NCBI RefSeq assembly: GCF_001194135.2 | Contig: NC_068992.1 | Location: 5,248,007 to 5,312,006 of the forward strand | Reading direction: 5' to 3' | Length of the DNA stretch: 64,000 bases | Source: Octopus bimaculoides | Taxonomy: Eukaryota | Shown: positions 38,476 through 51,439 of the stretch, in pieces | Layout: every line of letters starts with the position of its first letter | Numbering within the stretch: the stretch's first letter is position 1 | Position numbers and translations under genes: made by a program | The notes under the pieces: generated by a model | The model's database searches: none | What the model was told of the DNA's origin: nothing | The model's input: the letters and a program-made list of their open reading frames with translations, nothing else

Positions 38476-40749
38476 NNNNNNNNNNNNNNNNNNNNNNNNN
38501 NNNNNNNNNNNNNNNNNNNNNNNNNNNNNNNNNNNNNNNNNNNNNNNNNNNNNNNNNNNNNNNNNNNNNNNNNNNNNNNNNNNNNNNNNNNNNNNNNNNN
38601 NNNNNNNNNNNNNNNNNNNNNNNNNNNNNNNNNNNNNNNNNNNNNATATATATATATGTATGTATGAATAAATACATATATGCTTATACGTGTATCTATC
38701 TATATATATATATATACCTGTCTGTCTGCCACTTGTGGTTACCATTTTTTCTTGAGGAGAGGCACCGACAATTCTGATAGAATAACCTCTACAAGACCAG
38801 GAATATGCAGAAAACATTTTAAAAATCAGTTAGATGCTGAAATATTTGCTGATTTCAATATCGGCATTTGGTTATCGGCATTTATGTGTTAGATATTTTT
38901 TAAATATTGCGCTAAGTATCGGTACTGCCTCTAGAAGAACAACTCGGTGCATGTTCTCATGTAAATTTTAAGCACAAAAACACATCTGAAATGTCCACAC
39001 ACACACACACACACATATGCACATATACATACACACTTACATATAGACAGACAGATTAACATGCAAACAAATAGATTGATATATACATATCCATATGTAT
39101 GTATTTGTATACATGCACACATAGCCAGAACTATTTCATATTGAAACTTCTAACAGATTCGGAGAGATACATTCGTAATCATGGGATCTAAGTGAATAAA
39201 TATTCGCATGAGTATTTGCCAGGTTTTAATAAAACTAATATTAGCTTTATTTTGAAATTAAAGTTAATAACTTATAATTGTGGGTACCATGGAATTTCTA
39301 AGGAATATCCTACAACTGTAATATCTGTCAAGCTGATTCACAGCTTAGAATTGAATGTTCTCTAACTGCAAAGTAGCACACCGGTTGATATATTACCATT
39401 AATGTTTCAAAAACATAAATTTGATTTCACTCGATAACTTGACTCAAAATGAAGTGCAGCACTTGAATGTATTTGACAAGTTGAGAAAATTTGAATTGAT
39501 ATTCTTACTAATTATGACCTTTGGGCAAATTAGGTGTGCCGCGTGAAAGGATGAATAAGGATATGTTTTATAGTGAAAGGGAATTTGAAGATCTGAAGTG
39601 TAAATATAGGAAAAACAAAAGATTGGATGTCAGATATTATATTCAACAGGTGAAGAAATTACTGGGAATAAATTACATTAAAGAGACATGTTAGGAACTT
39701 CAGAAAACTTGTTTTTCAAATTCAAATTAATTCAATTTACAGCTGCAAAAGAAAAAAGATGGAAGCTTCAGGAAATTCTTTATATATATNNNNNNNNNNN
39801 NNNNNNNNNNNNNNNNNNNNNNNNNNNNNNNNNNNNNNNNNNNNNNNNNNNNNNNNNNNNNNNNNNNNNNNNNNNNNNNNNNNNNNATATATATGTACAT
39901 GCATATATATATGTATAAATATAATATTATTGTTAAAGATGTATGTGGACTCATTTAGAGTGCATACTTGCAGGTATAATTTTATTCGCGTAAAATTATA
40001 CAATATTCGTGCATATGCATACACACACAAGCACATATGTGTGTTCTAGAGTGCGTGCGAATGAGTGTGCATGCACGAATATACATACGTTATAAACACA
40101 CGTACATGTTCGGGTATATTTAACGAAATAATATATAAGTATTTTTAACTTTATTGTATGCCAATGGGTGTTGAATCTTTTTGAATAATTTAGTATATAT
40201 ATATACATTTAAGGAGAGAGAGAGAGAGAGAGAGAGGGAGGGAGGGAGAGAGAGAATGAGCGAAAGAGAGATATATGATTTTTATGTTTATCAAATTTAT
40301 TCAATGACAAAAGTGCCTCTAGGGGCAAAATTCAATATCTAATTTCTTTTCACGTGAAGTATAAGTTTTCAGGCTTATAGTTTCCGAAGACATCAATCAG
40401 AAGTTCACTAATTTTATAGAATATTTTGCCTTATGTTTCTATTTATCATGTTTCTTACAGGATGTCTCTATGCGACAGTTGGATTATCTTTTTCTACAAA
40501 ATGCGAGAAAAACAATATGGAGACTTGCAAAATCACTCACTATATATGCAAATACTCATGCAGTCACGCATAATGCAGACACACCCATATATATGGAATG
40601 AGCTGTTTTTTTCTATTACCCACAAGGGGCTAACGAAGAGGGGACAATACAAATACATGTGGGGACATTAAAAATGAAAAAAATGAATAAAAATGAAAAG
40701 ATAAAAAAACTTAAATCGTATAAGATGAGTGATACAATGAAAATGATAA

Positions 40750-42550
40750 TAAAATGAGCTACTTGCTCCACCTCATGCAGCACTACTTGCTTCCTTTTAT
40801 CTTTTAAATTCTGAGTCCTTTAAAATGTCTATACCATATTTCTCGGTTAGCTCCTCGTACTTTATATCGTCTGGTATCTTCTTTAAATCACAAATCACTC
40901 TCCAGCCCTTATAGCCCCTCTTGAAGTTCAATATTTCGTCTTTTGGGCGTTTGGACACCAGAACACATGAGTGCTAGCCATCAATGTTTGTCCATCCTTT
41001 GGCATGGACAAATATTGCAGTCTTCTATTTTGTTATCTTATTGAGCACTTCCTTGTCTACACCATTAACCATCATATATGGAATAAGCGACGCATATTTT
41101 GGGATAAATAAAATTGTCATAATAGTAGTTGTTGGTGAAGAATTGTTCGTTTTGTTTAATGAATGTTTTCCAGATTATCGAACGTTTATTTTATACTTGA
41201 AGATGGTAATACGCTTTCAGGAATGTTTATCTTCTGTAAGTTATATTTCTTTTCTGTAGTATTTGATATGATGATTTTCATCGTGTATTTCACAAATACT
41301 AAGTGCGTATTGTCTACGGTGTTTGTATAGGTGTCAACATTCTTCTATATAAAAGGATTTGTTTATGTATCCGCTTTATTGTTTACCTTTCGCATCATCT
41401 CTATAGAGAGAATATTTTATACATGGGATGTTGAAATTCGTGTCAGACTTCGTTTCATTTACAGTGGCCATAGTTGATTTCTTTTTACATTTGTTGTCCT
41501 CTTTTGTTGTTAAATATCTTCTGTGAGACATATTGTCCATTGCTCAAGTGATAGACTTATTAGTTGTATTCTTTACATATTTGTACATACATACTCTGTT
41601 ATAATATTTGCTAGTTTGGTATATATGTACTTACAGTTTCCATATGCAGAATCTGATATTCATATAGCATTCTTATATTTGGTATTATTCATTACTTTGT
41701 ATGTTGTTTTTGCCAATACATTCAACGGTAAATATCGTGTATTTGTTCAAGTTCTTTTTTGTGTTTAGAGATTTATCTTTTTACATTTATGTGCTATTTC
41801 CGTGGTATTCGTCTTAGATGACTTACGATTTAACCCTCACAGATCCTCTAATGAAATCTGTTTTCATACCCCCAAGATATTCGCCTCAGAATTCACTGCT
41901 CCCGAACGATTTTACCCATTAACTGAAGGTATGTGCAACGTCATCATGGTATGTGTGTCAGCTGCAACATTATTCAATTTCTTTTTCATCGAAGTTATGT
42001 TTCTGATTTTTAGTAGCCGACTAGAGTATCTATATTTGATTCTTTTAAATCCCTGAATTGTTCATTATTTTGCACACCTTTCCCATTCGAATTTTATCCT
42101 AGGGTGGATTGATTAGCTTGAGCATATATTGGGAGTGAAATGTATTATATTATTGGCGGCATGAAGTTAGATATTTCTCATCCATGCTAAGTGTTGTTTG
42201 TACGTCAAGCTTCTTAAACACTGTCAGAAAATATTATGCTTGTGATTAAGTAACTGAATTTCAATTAGAATGTGGTCTTTGCTATTCTTTAAGAAGACCA
42301 TTTCAGTCGGAAATCTGCTAAATTATATTACTATATAGGTTTTCTTGCAAGTTATTCATTATATGGTATCGGTCCTGTACAATTTTCTGCTCTCCTCCCA
42401 AATCCCTTTATGATCTCTTCCAGAATCCTTTTTCTGTTCTCCTCTGAAATACCTTTCTGCTCTCCACCAAAATGAAGCAAGCAATACCCATGTCTTACAC
42501 TGGTTTATTCACTCTCGTCAAAGAAGCGTCCGGTATTTACCAATGGACTG
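40750..42550 (-). mobile_element. Heavily decayed LINE (RTE/RTE-X-like RT and downstream region)
   Basis: Collinear remnants on the minus strand: TSVRHGYC (cf. TGVRQG), EYLG, KDKSLNTK..TIFTVEC (cf. KKSLSINTK.RHY.TVI.PE), YGH. Many stops and frameshifts; the 40750-41400 part is less certain. Confidence 0.5.
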
Positions 42551-42839
42551 GTTATTATCTAGTTTTCTTTTGTGCAATCAAAATTATATTTGCTTTCCAA
42601 ATTTTATAATTGTTTCTTTTTATCCTATATTTAAGAGATGAGGAATTATGTACGTTATTTACATTATTTACATTTGATGGACGGGCATTTGTCCTCATCT
42701 TGTTTGTTGCTAACACAACGTTTCGGCTGATAAACCCTCCAGCTTCCATCAGGTGTCTTGGGGAAATTTAATTACCTTGCACTTAGATATAAATAACAAG
42801 AGTAACTCAAGAATAACTACAACTGCTGATGCTGCTAAA

Positions 42840-42852
42840 CGTAATAATAATG

Positions 42853-42919
<67 letters not shown>

Positions 42920-42953
42920 TAATAATAATAATAATAATAATAATAACGATGAC

Positions 42954-42992
<39 letters not shown>
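42840..42992. repeat. Compound (AAT)n then (GAT)n microsatellite
   Basis: Direct reading. Confidence 0.95.
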
Positions 42993-45493
42993 AAATGAGA
43001 ATAAATGAGACAGCTAATGTTAAATATTCCATTCACGTCAGACGTAATGACAAGGAGAAACGTAGGATATCATATCAGTGCAACCAGTGGCAATATTAAT
43101 AGGGATCTTAGTACTAAGGATATTAATAAATAATGGACATATGTGCATAAAGAAATTTAACGAAACCAGTGAACATTATCATTTTATCGATGCTACGAAT
43201 AATCATAGTGTTCATCGGTAGTAAAAAGAAAAAAATGTAATCGCATTTTGCACGTATAATTTCTCCACGAAAATAAACTCTACAAATTATTGTCAGAATG
43301 AATACACGAGCTAAAATTTGTCATTGCTTTCGCTAGTATACAGGGTGTTTGCATCTGTTCTTGATTGATTTTGACATACTGTTGTACACCACCCGCTAGA
43401 AAAACAGCCAATTGACTCTATTCAGAGAAAAATAAAAGAAAATAAATTATCATGCAAAATGGAGTAAACAGTTGAAACATGAAAACCGAAACACAATTTA
43501 GAGGAATAAAAGAAACCTAATCAAGTATGGTAAGAAGACATCATGTATTAGAATCAAGAGGGTATATTACATAATCTGAGCAAAATCGTGTAGAATTAAG
43601 ACAGGTCACTAAAAAGGTTGCATGAAGGAGAAGAAAAATGTAATGGGATTGACCTATATGGACATTCATAACAAACCATAAAATGTTTGGACAAACAACA
43701 TTAACAGAATTTTTCAAGCATAATGGGAGAAAATATGTAAAAACGTTAAGCATAAAACAGCCATTATGCATTATAAATATAAAAGGAAAATTATTAGAAT
43801 ATCGCAAATATTGGTCGTGGTAAAAATCTCACAACTCCAACAGGAAAACTGATGGGAGAGAAAATGTTTGCACTTTGTCAACTAATGCACATGGGAAGTG
43901 TCGTTGTTTTTATTGAAGTTAGCAGGTGCTGCTAAAGAACAACATAAATGTAGCCGAGTGAAAATCTCAGTGGCTTCCGAAGTTTTATCAAAAGTTATTA
44001 ACCAGTCATCTTTAGCAAAATACACGCATTAACACCATTGATGTCCAAACTCACACTAATAAATTAAGTACTAACATAGTATATACCTTTCACATACATA
44101 ATTTACAAACGAATGCTATTCCACTTGAGCGCAATGGCATCTCATCTGAAAAACAGAGCCTGCCGATAAGAGATGCGTGTCTGTAAGGGGTAGATACCGT
44201 TCATTCGCATACTTAATGAGGTCTATACAAAGCAGAAAACAAAGTTTTGGTGACAAGTGGTTTGGCTTCAGGCTTAATTTTGTGTGTGCAATCTGTCATG
44301 AGGCTTGCAGGAAAAATATATCAACCAAAGATACTCAATATATAACAACCACGTGATGTGAAAGAGGAAATATTCATATTACTGCTAGGCAAAGAGAACA
44401 TAATTTAAACTCTTCAATATAGAAGAAGAAACTGTGTTAATGAGTAAAGGAATGAAATTCAAACGTATAATATATGTGATGGGGGCAATTGTTCATTCTT
44501 TGTGACGGAATTAACAAAACAGAACAAACAGACCGATATTCTTAGATTAAATTATGAATACGTTTGGCAATGGCTGAGTGGCATTAATATTAATACTGTA
44601 TATTGTTAATGGAATTGATTGAATTCAGCCAACAAAATGAATATAGATTGTACTTTACACTATTTCATGATGCTGTGAAATATACTTCAGTATATATGCA
44701 TTTCAATGTCTAACTTGTATTATTTACGATTAGGTATTCAGCAGTTTCATGTTGAATGGTGTAGATCCTTAGGAATCTCTCCCAATAAAAAATACAATTT
44801 CAGAGAAAATCGATTTGAAATTATGGGTGATTAGCATTAAGACGCATGCCGTGACCTGTTAACTTTTTACGCTCCTGAATGACTGGAAATGAAAATAAAC
44901 ACGAGAACGTAAAGGAAGCTAAATAATGAATGGGCAAAAATATATGGATTACAACTATTATTAATGTGATTATAAGAGTGTCCACGAAGAGACATAATGA
45001 AAATGATATGACATGCCGGTCAACAAATTCCGATTTGATCGCTGTTAAAAAGGATAAAATATTACGAAGTAAATGAACGAAACCATCCTAAACTTTTCAA
45101 ACGAACATCGGGATGTTTACTAGGAAACACGTTAGAATTATGATTGCCTATGTCCATACGTCAAAACTATTTAGACCGTTTATCCATCTGTAAGGGAAAG
45201 ATAAGAAAACTAATGAGTGATCTGGACAAAATTGTTCCAAAAGTTAATCCTTCAAGATTAATTTAGATATATTTCCATCAAATTAAAATTCAAGTTCAAT
45301 TATGCCAGCAAAAGAAGCAATATGTGTAAGAGATAAGATTTCATACTTACTTAGACACACAAAAAAAACGCATGGATATGTTGAACATATAAACAACCTG
45401 ATCCGAGAGAGTGTCCTTATATACATGTGAATGTGCGTTTGTATGTACGTTTGTGTGTGCGTGTGTTTGCATATGTAATAATATCTATTACAA

Positions 45494-45677
45494 GGCGGTG
45501 AGATGGCAGAAACGTTAGCGGGCGAAATGCTTAGCGGTATTTCGTCTGTCTTTACGTTTTGAGTTCAAATTCCGTCGACTTTGTCTTTCATCTTTTCGGG
45601 GTCGATAAATTAAGTATCTAATTGACTGGCCCCTTCCCCAAAATTTTCGAGCCTTGTGTCTAGAGTAGAAAAGAATT
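45494..45677 (+). mobile_element. SINE family A copy with 12-bp target-site duplication
   Basis: ggcggtgagatggcagaaacgttagc...gagttcaaattcc...gagtagaaaagaatt, flanked by atatctattaca at 45481-45492 and 45678-45689. Confidence 0.9.
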
Positions 45678-45778
45678 ATATCTATTACACTAGAACTGCT
45701 TTTAATTCATATGCAAATTTTGTTAGTCGATGTAGTGAAGAATGATGTCATTATATATGCATATATATATATATATAT

Positions 45779-45779
<1 letters not shown>

Positions 45780-45821
<42 letters not shown>

Positions 45822-45930
45822 GAGAGAGAGGGAGAAGGAGAGAGAGAAACAGAGAGTGAGAAAGAGAAAGACAAAGAGAGAGAGAAACAGAGAGTGAGAA
45901 AGAGAAAGACAAAGAGAGAGAGAAAGAGAT
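45780..45930. repeat. (GA)n and purine-rich low-complexity tract
   Basis: Direct reading. Confidence 0.93.
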
Positions 45931-46352
45931 AAGAGGAAAAAATACAGAAGATTTGTTTTTCAGGATTTAAGAGTATATTAGAGCCATGATAATATAAAAA
46001 TATATTTTTGTACAAAACAAGGTTTTGTTCTTTCAACATAATTGAAGTATGGACCGGTTTCGCATTGCTCATGAAACTGAAAGATAAATCGCGAGGGAAA
46101 GTTATTGGGAGGGGAGATAATTGTCCACTCATCGATTTTGCAGTNNNNNNNNNNNNNNNNNNNNNNNNNNNNNNNNNNNNNNNNNNNNNNNNNNNNNNNN
46201 NNNNNNNNNNNNNNNNNNNNNNNNNNNNNNNNNNNNNNNNNNNNNNNNNNNNNNNNNNNNNNNNNNNNNNNNNNNNNNNNNNNNNNNNNNNNNNNNNNNN
46301 NNNNNNNNNNNNNNNNNNNNNNNNNNNNNNNNNNNNNNNNNNNNNNNNNNNN

Positions 46353-46388
<36 letters not shown>

Positions 46389-47311
46389 CAGTGAGAAAGT
46401 GCCGAATCCTTCCTTTGATGCGCGTCTTTCCTACTTTCCTATTAGAACGATACATTACGAACAAGGTTTGATACTGTTCTTGATCGTTCGAAGCCTATTG
46501 TCATTTTTACTGACCTTAGTGGACATCTTCCTCAAATGATGCCTATATCCTAGCTGTTAATTCTTATAGAATAATCCAACTTCATTATACAACTCTTTAG
46601 TTCTACTTCCCTTAGTTCACCGAATTAGAGCTCGATATTTTAAATACAATTTGTTCTTTGAGCTTATTTGTCTTATAGTCTGCAACGGTAGTCTGCTCCA
46701 CCATTTTCTCTTTGCCATTGCAGATATCATTTTTGCTAGCACACTTCGTGGACGACAGTTTCGTTTGGGTTTGTCGCCGGTTTACATTTCAACTGCTGTG
46801 AAGCAGAATCGATTTGCAAAGCTTGCTGCATACCAACTCTGCATGGTATTTCGGGAAGGAATTTTTAATTTTATTTTGCTTCATCGCTTCTTCTCATGAT
46901 GTGTGAGTGATATCTTGTGGCTTTGCGCTATTTTAAAGTAGCAAAATATTTTTCTCGCTTTTCAAGGTACGAATTGTTGCGTTTCTTCAAGGCAAAAAAA
47001 AAAAACGCATTGAATTCATGTAGCGTTTTGAATTAAAATGTTAATATTGAATTAAAAGGTTAATTATTTCCACCTGAATTAAGCAAGCATCAAAACTATG
47101 AACAAAAATTGTCTGTTATGACTGAAGAATAAATTGTTCAAAAATGTGTACACCGAGAAATATTAAATCCAATTGATTACAAGTTATAATAGTGCCAGAA
47201 AACAGTTTATGACCCAAAATATCATACCAAGCCAATGAACAGTCATGTGCATTTTGTCGTCTGAGCTGTGTTCCGATTTATCATTTACTTCTATTGTCTT
47301 GTGCCCGATAC

Positions 47312-47410
47312 GGCATTGAGCTGGCAGAACCGTTCGTACGCCGGGGAAAAACTGCTTAGCAGCATTTCGTCTATCGCTGCGTACATATTCCACCGAGGTC
47401 CACTTCCACA
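47312..47410 (+). mobile_element. SINE family A 5' fragment
   Basis: gagctggcagaaccgttcgtacgccggggaaaaactgcttagcagcatttcgtct...ttccaccgaggtc. Confidence 0.75.
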
Positions 47411-48562
47411 CATATTACTTCGCGGGGGCGGGGGTCAGTAATATAATTGCGAATGCAATACTGGTATCGATGTGGACTTAATTTTCAAAAATTGCTGGCT
47501 CTGGCTAAAATGTTCAACCATTTAGAGAGAGAACTATTCTAAGACACTGAAAATAGTACCTTTTACTTGTGACATTACGGATTGCGTAAATAGTATTCCA
47601 ACGGGTAGAAAGAATTGTTATACTAATATATGCCACTTACAATGAGAACAGCATCTCACTAAACTGTCGTCGATGGAATTAATGTAGAGAGTTTTAAATG
47701 ATAAGGCAATATACTTGTATTATAGGTAGTTATAAAGATATACTCTCGAGTCATCGTTATCAGTAACATTTTGTATTTGATGTAGTAAATGAACTACAGA
47801 TCATTAATAATGACTGATTAATTAGAGTAGCCATGTATTTTCAAAATTGTTTACATTAAGAACCAGTTATTAAAAATTGGTTACAGCTTTGAATCGCATA
47901 ATCGAACAATGGAACTGAGTAATGATGAAAGAATATTTCGAGATCATGTATTTAGCAATATACACTTGATATCATCAGATTAAATATTAGATTTAGTGCT
48001 GTTGTTGTCAACCGTTCAATGAAATGAAACACAAGGGGAAGTAGTACGAAACATTTCAAGAGACCATCTAAAACAACGAAATATTAAAACATGAGACATG
48101 AAATATAAGTGCATTGCTTGTTGAATTACAATGACATCATTTTATTCTTAACGCTTTTATTGGTTAACCTGATTTATGCCTGATGGGACTGTCTAATGAT
48201 GAAGCTTTCAATACGAGATAATCAGTTGATGTTTGAAGACAGAAAGTATTCGTTGTATTTCCTGAGAGGATGAACGTATCCAGAGATTACGTGTATATAC
48301 GTTCAAACAATTACGTGAGAGATATTCTTATTAGAAGCACTTGTAGAACACTTTGAAATTAGTTAAGTGTTCAGCGTAAGCATCATGATAAACAACCGAA
48401 AACTATCAAAATTATAATAGGTTGTATAGTATAATAAGTATTTTTATATCTATCTATTTATCAATCTATATATCTGTCTTCCTGCCTGTCTGCCTGCCTG
48501 TCTGCCTACCTGTCTGTCTGTTTGTCTGCCTGTCTATATCTATATTTATATATGTATGTATG

Positions 48563-48602
<40 letters not shown>

Positions 48603-48625
48603 GAGAGAGAGAAGAGAGAGAGAGG

Positions 48626-49445
48626 GAGTGCGCTGGGTAAATTGTCGCCATTGTATATTAGTAATGTCGAGCGTGCGCATTGTTGTTTATTATCTTGTCG
48701 ACTATACAATTTAGTTGGGTCAGTTGTGTACCGTTTATCAGGAAGACAGAACCGTGATGCAATTCATTCTGCCAGGAAGTTTGAAACAACATGCTGTTCT
48801 CCTACGCATTCGCGCCAGAAGCTCCACTAAGAACATTTCAGTGTCTGGGTGTCAAACTGAGGACATGTACAGAGAGAGTTAAAAATCAAACATCCTGTCT
48901 AAATTATGGTATTTGTGGTGAACGCTAGTGATGGTGACGTTACGCCTCTATTCGTCTTCCCACACGGTCTCAGGCTCAACACGGAGACACACATCAGGTG
49001 TCTGATGGAGGTAGTGCTGCCGTGTGTCAAGAGGGTATCTGTTGGAATACTCCTTGTCTGGCAACAGGACTCTGCACCATTCCACACAAGCAGGAGAAGC
49101 CAGTAATGGATGTCAGTCAATTTCTGCGTCAACACCACCCCTAATACCTGGCTACTTAACTCCCCAGACTGGAGCGCCTTTGATTATTACGTCTGTGGTG
49201 AAGTTGAGCGAGAGTCCAACAAACTTCCTTGTAAGATCAAAAATGAACTGATGGCAAGCATTATGGTAGCATTCACTAACTTAAACAAGGAGACCATCCA
49301 GAAATGTTGTAGATTTCGAAAACGTCCGTCTGGAGGCTGTGTTTGAAGCCAATGGCGATTTTATTGAATAAATTTACTCTTAGTATTTCAATATTTTTTA
49401 TTTAATTTTGGTAAATTTATCTGTTGAAATAAGATGTCAGCGTTA
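48626..49445 (+). mobile_element. Internally deleted DD37D (maT) Tc1/mariner element
   Basis: TIR-like gtgcgctgggtaaattgtcgcc. Transposase C-half KHPV*IMVFVVNASDGDVTPLFVFPHGLRLNTE..WQQDSAPFHTSRRSQ*W..NSPDWSAFDYYVCG..EANGDFIE*, with 37 residues between the 2nd and 3rd catalytic Asp positions. In-frame stop at 49104-49106; HTH region deleted. Confidence 0.9.
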
Positions 49446-49455
49446 TTTTATTTTG

Positions 49456-49565
49456 TCTGGGGAGAGTCATTCTCTTTTGGTACCTCATTATTTAACACAC
49501 TCACCGGTAAGGTTTCCACTCATTTACTCATTTAGTTATTTTAAATGAGAATGACTCTCTCCAGA
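49456..49565. mobile_element. Short palindromic MITE remnant
   Basis: tctggggagagtcattctc (49456-49474) and gagaatgactctctccaga (49547-49565) form a 19-bp inverted repeat with 1 mismatch. Confidence 0.7.
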
Positions 49566-49694
49566 TACAACAAGATATGCTTCAACACACGAGCTCACAT
49601 AAAGAAACTTGCAAACCAAATCCAAAAACGAAGTGATACTTTAATTTTTGCGCAATTTAGATGACGATATAATCACCGCACTCTGTTTATGTGT

Positions 49695-49695
49695 G

Positions 49696-49785
<90 letters not shown>
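49695..49785. repeat. (TG)n microsatellite
   Basis: Direct reading. Confidence 0.97.
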
Positions 49786-49788
<3 letters not shown>

Positions 49789-50151
49789 GCATGTATATCT
49801 TTTTCACTACAATGTGAATTCCTGGTTGAGTTGCGGATACTACCATTCATGACGTACCTCTCCTTCATTCATACACATTATATGTAGGTTTAAACAACAT
49901 TTCCTTTTTTCACTGCCGATAATGATTATAAAATTTTTCCATAAATTCTGGACGCGGACTTTGCAAAACCTGTTTAGAAATATACAGCATTGTTGGTGTG
50001 AAACCACACGTACTTATATTAATTAAACTACGCAAGAAAAAAAAACTGGAAACGTTTTGTTTGTTATCCACAAAGGAAAACTACACTTCCTTTTACTAGC
50101 TGATTCAAAATTTTATTCACATTTGATCAACTCTCATTTTAGCTCTCATAG

Positions 50152-50345
50152 CATTTACACAAAGAACTCGCACGTGTTAACAAACACAACTACCAAAATA
50201 GCTTCGCATGGAATAATATGTTTCCATTGAAACTTAATGGCACATCTGGAAATGTTAATAAGAGATTTACACATAGAGTTCGTAAAGGTTATCTTGTGTT
50301 TTATGAAAACACCATTATTGTTTCTATAGACGGAGGAAACATCAA
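50152..50345 (+). CDS. Candidate internal exon (HLHKELARVNKHNYQNSFAWNNMFPLKLNGTSGNVNKRFTHRVRKGYLVFYENTIIVSIDGGNI)
   Basis: Acceptor ctctcattttagctctcatag|, 64 codons + 2 nt open, donor CAA|gtaatt that falls exactly at the first in-frame stop. The same-register antisense frame is also open. Confidence 0.38.
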
Positions 50346-50931
50346 GTAATTTTCCTTTTTTAGTTTGCTCCAATCGTGGCCTCACAGATTTGTCTAACCT
50401 AGATCGATATAAAAGCAAAACGCATAAAAATTACAATCACTGTAGTACTGATAATAATAATCATTTGGATTACGATGTCAACAAAATTGACAAGACAATC
50501 ATGATGACAATGAAGATGAAAAAAGGCTCAGATGCAGAATAAAAGGAAGTGGACAGCATAACAGCAACGTCAGAACCCATTTTGCAAAGATTAAAAAAAT
50601 GTTCGACTGTTTTTATGTTGTTGTTTTCAATGGAAAGTCCATTAATTTCCTTGAAAATCAAACAACGTGCATTAAACAAGTTGTTGAAAAGTTTCTAACA
50701 GATGAAGTTGGTGAGACAGAATAAAACAAAAGCATAGAATAACTATGAAGTCTAAATTATGAGCTGGCGTTGTAATTTATCACATAATCATGACAAGTTT
50801 AAAGCAAATACAATTTTCAGAAAACTATGATTGGATAATATAAAATACGGCAGCTGGAAATTAGAACAAAAAAGTTAAAACATAATTTCACGACAAACCT
50901 AATTAAAACATTCGAGGCGAAGGAGTAGAGC

Positions 50932-50962
<31 letters not shown>

Positions 50963-51439
50963 GGACACATGCATATACATAAACAGACGCGCGCGCACAC
51001 AGACACACGTACACACACACACGCACTCACGTACACACACATTTAAAACCTTGTCTAAATTAATAACTTTTCAAGCTTTATTCTGTCAAGATAATAGGTG
51101 TAAAAGTAGACAATAATATAAGTTTATGTTTTCATGTGAATGGAGCTACGCACGTATATATACTCAGATATGTATATATATACATATATANNNNNNNNNN
51201 NNNNNNNNNNNNNNNNNNNNNNNNNNNNNNNNNNNNNNNNNNNNNNNNNNNNNNNNNNNNNNNNNNNNNNNNNNNNNNNNNNNNNNNNNNNNNNNNNNNN
51301 NNNNNNNNNNNNNNNNNNNNNNNNNNNNNNNNNNNNNNNNNNNNNNNNNNNNNNNNNNNNNNATATGAATGTGTGTGTACCTACAATTTTACTAATGCAA
51401 ATGTATTACATGCTTTAATTCTTTACATACAATATACAA

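Noticed and set aside
43339-43830. TA+cagggtg start suggesting another Tc1/maT terminus
   Set aside because: Only 7 bp match and I could not recover transposase motifs or a partner TIR.
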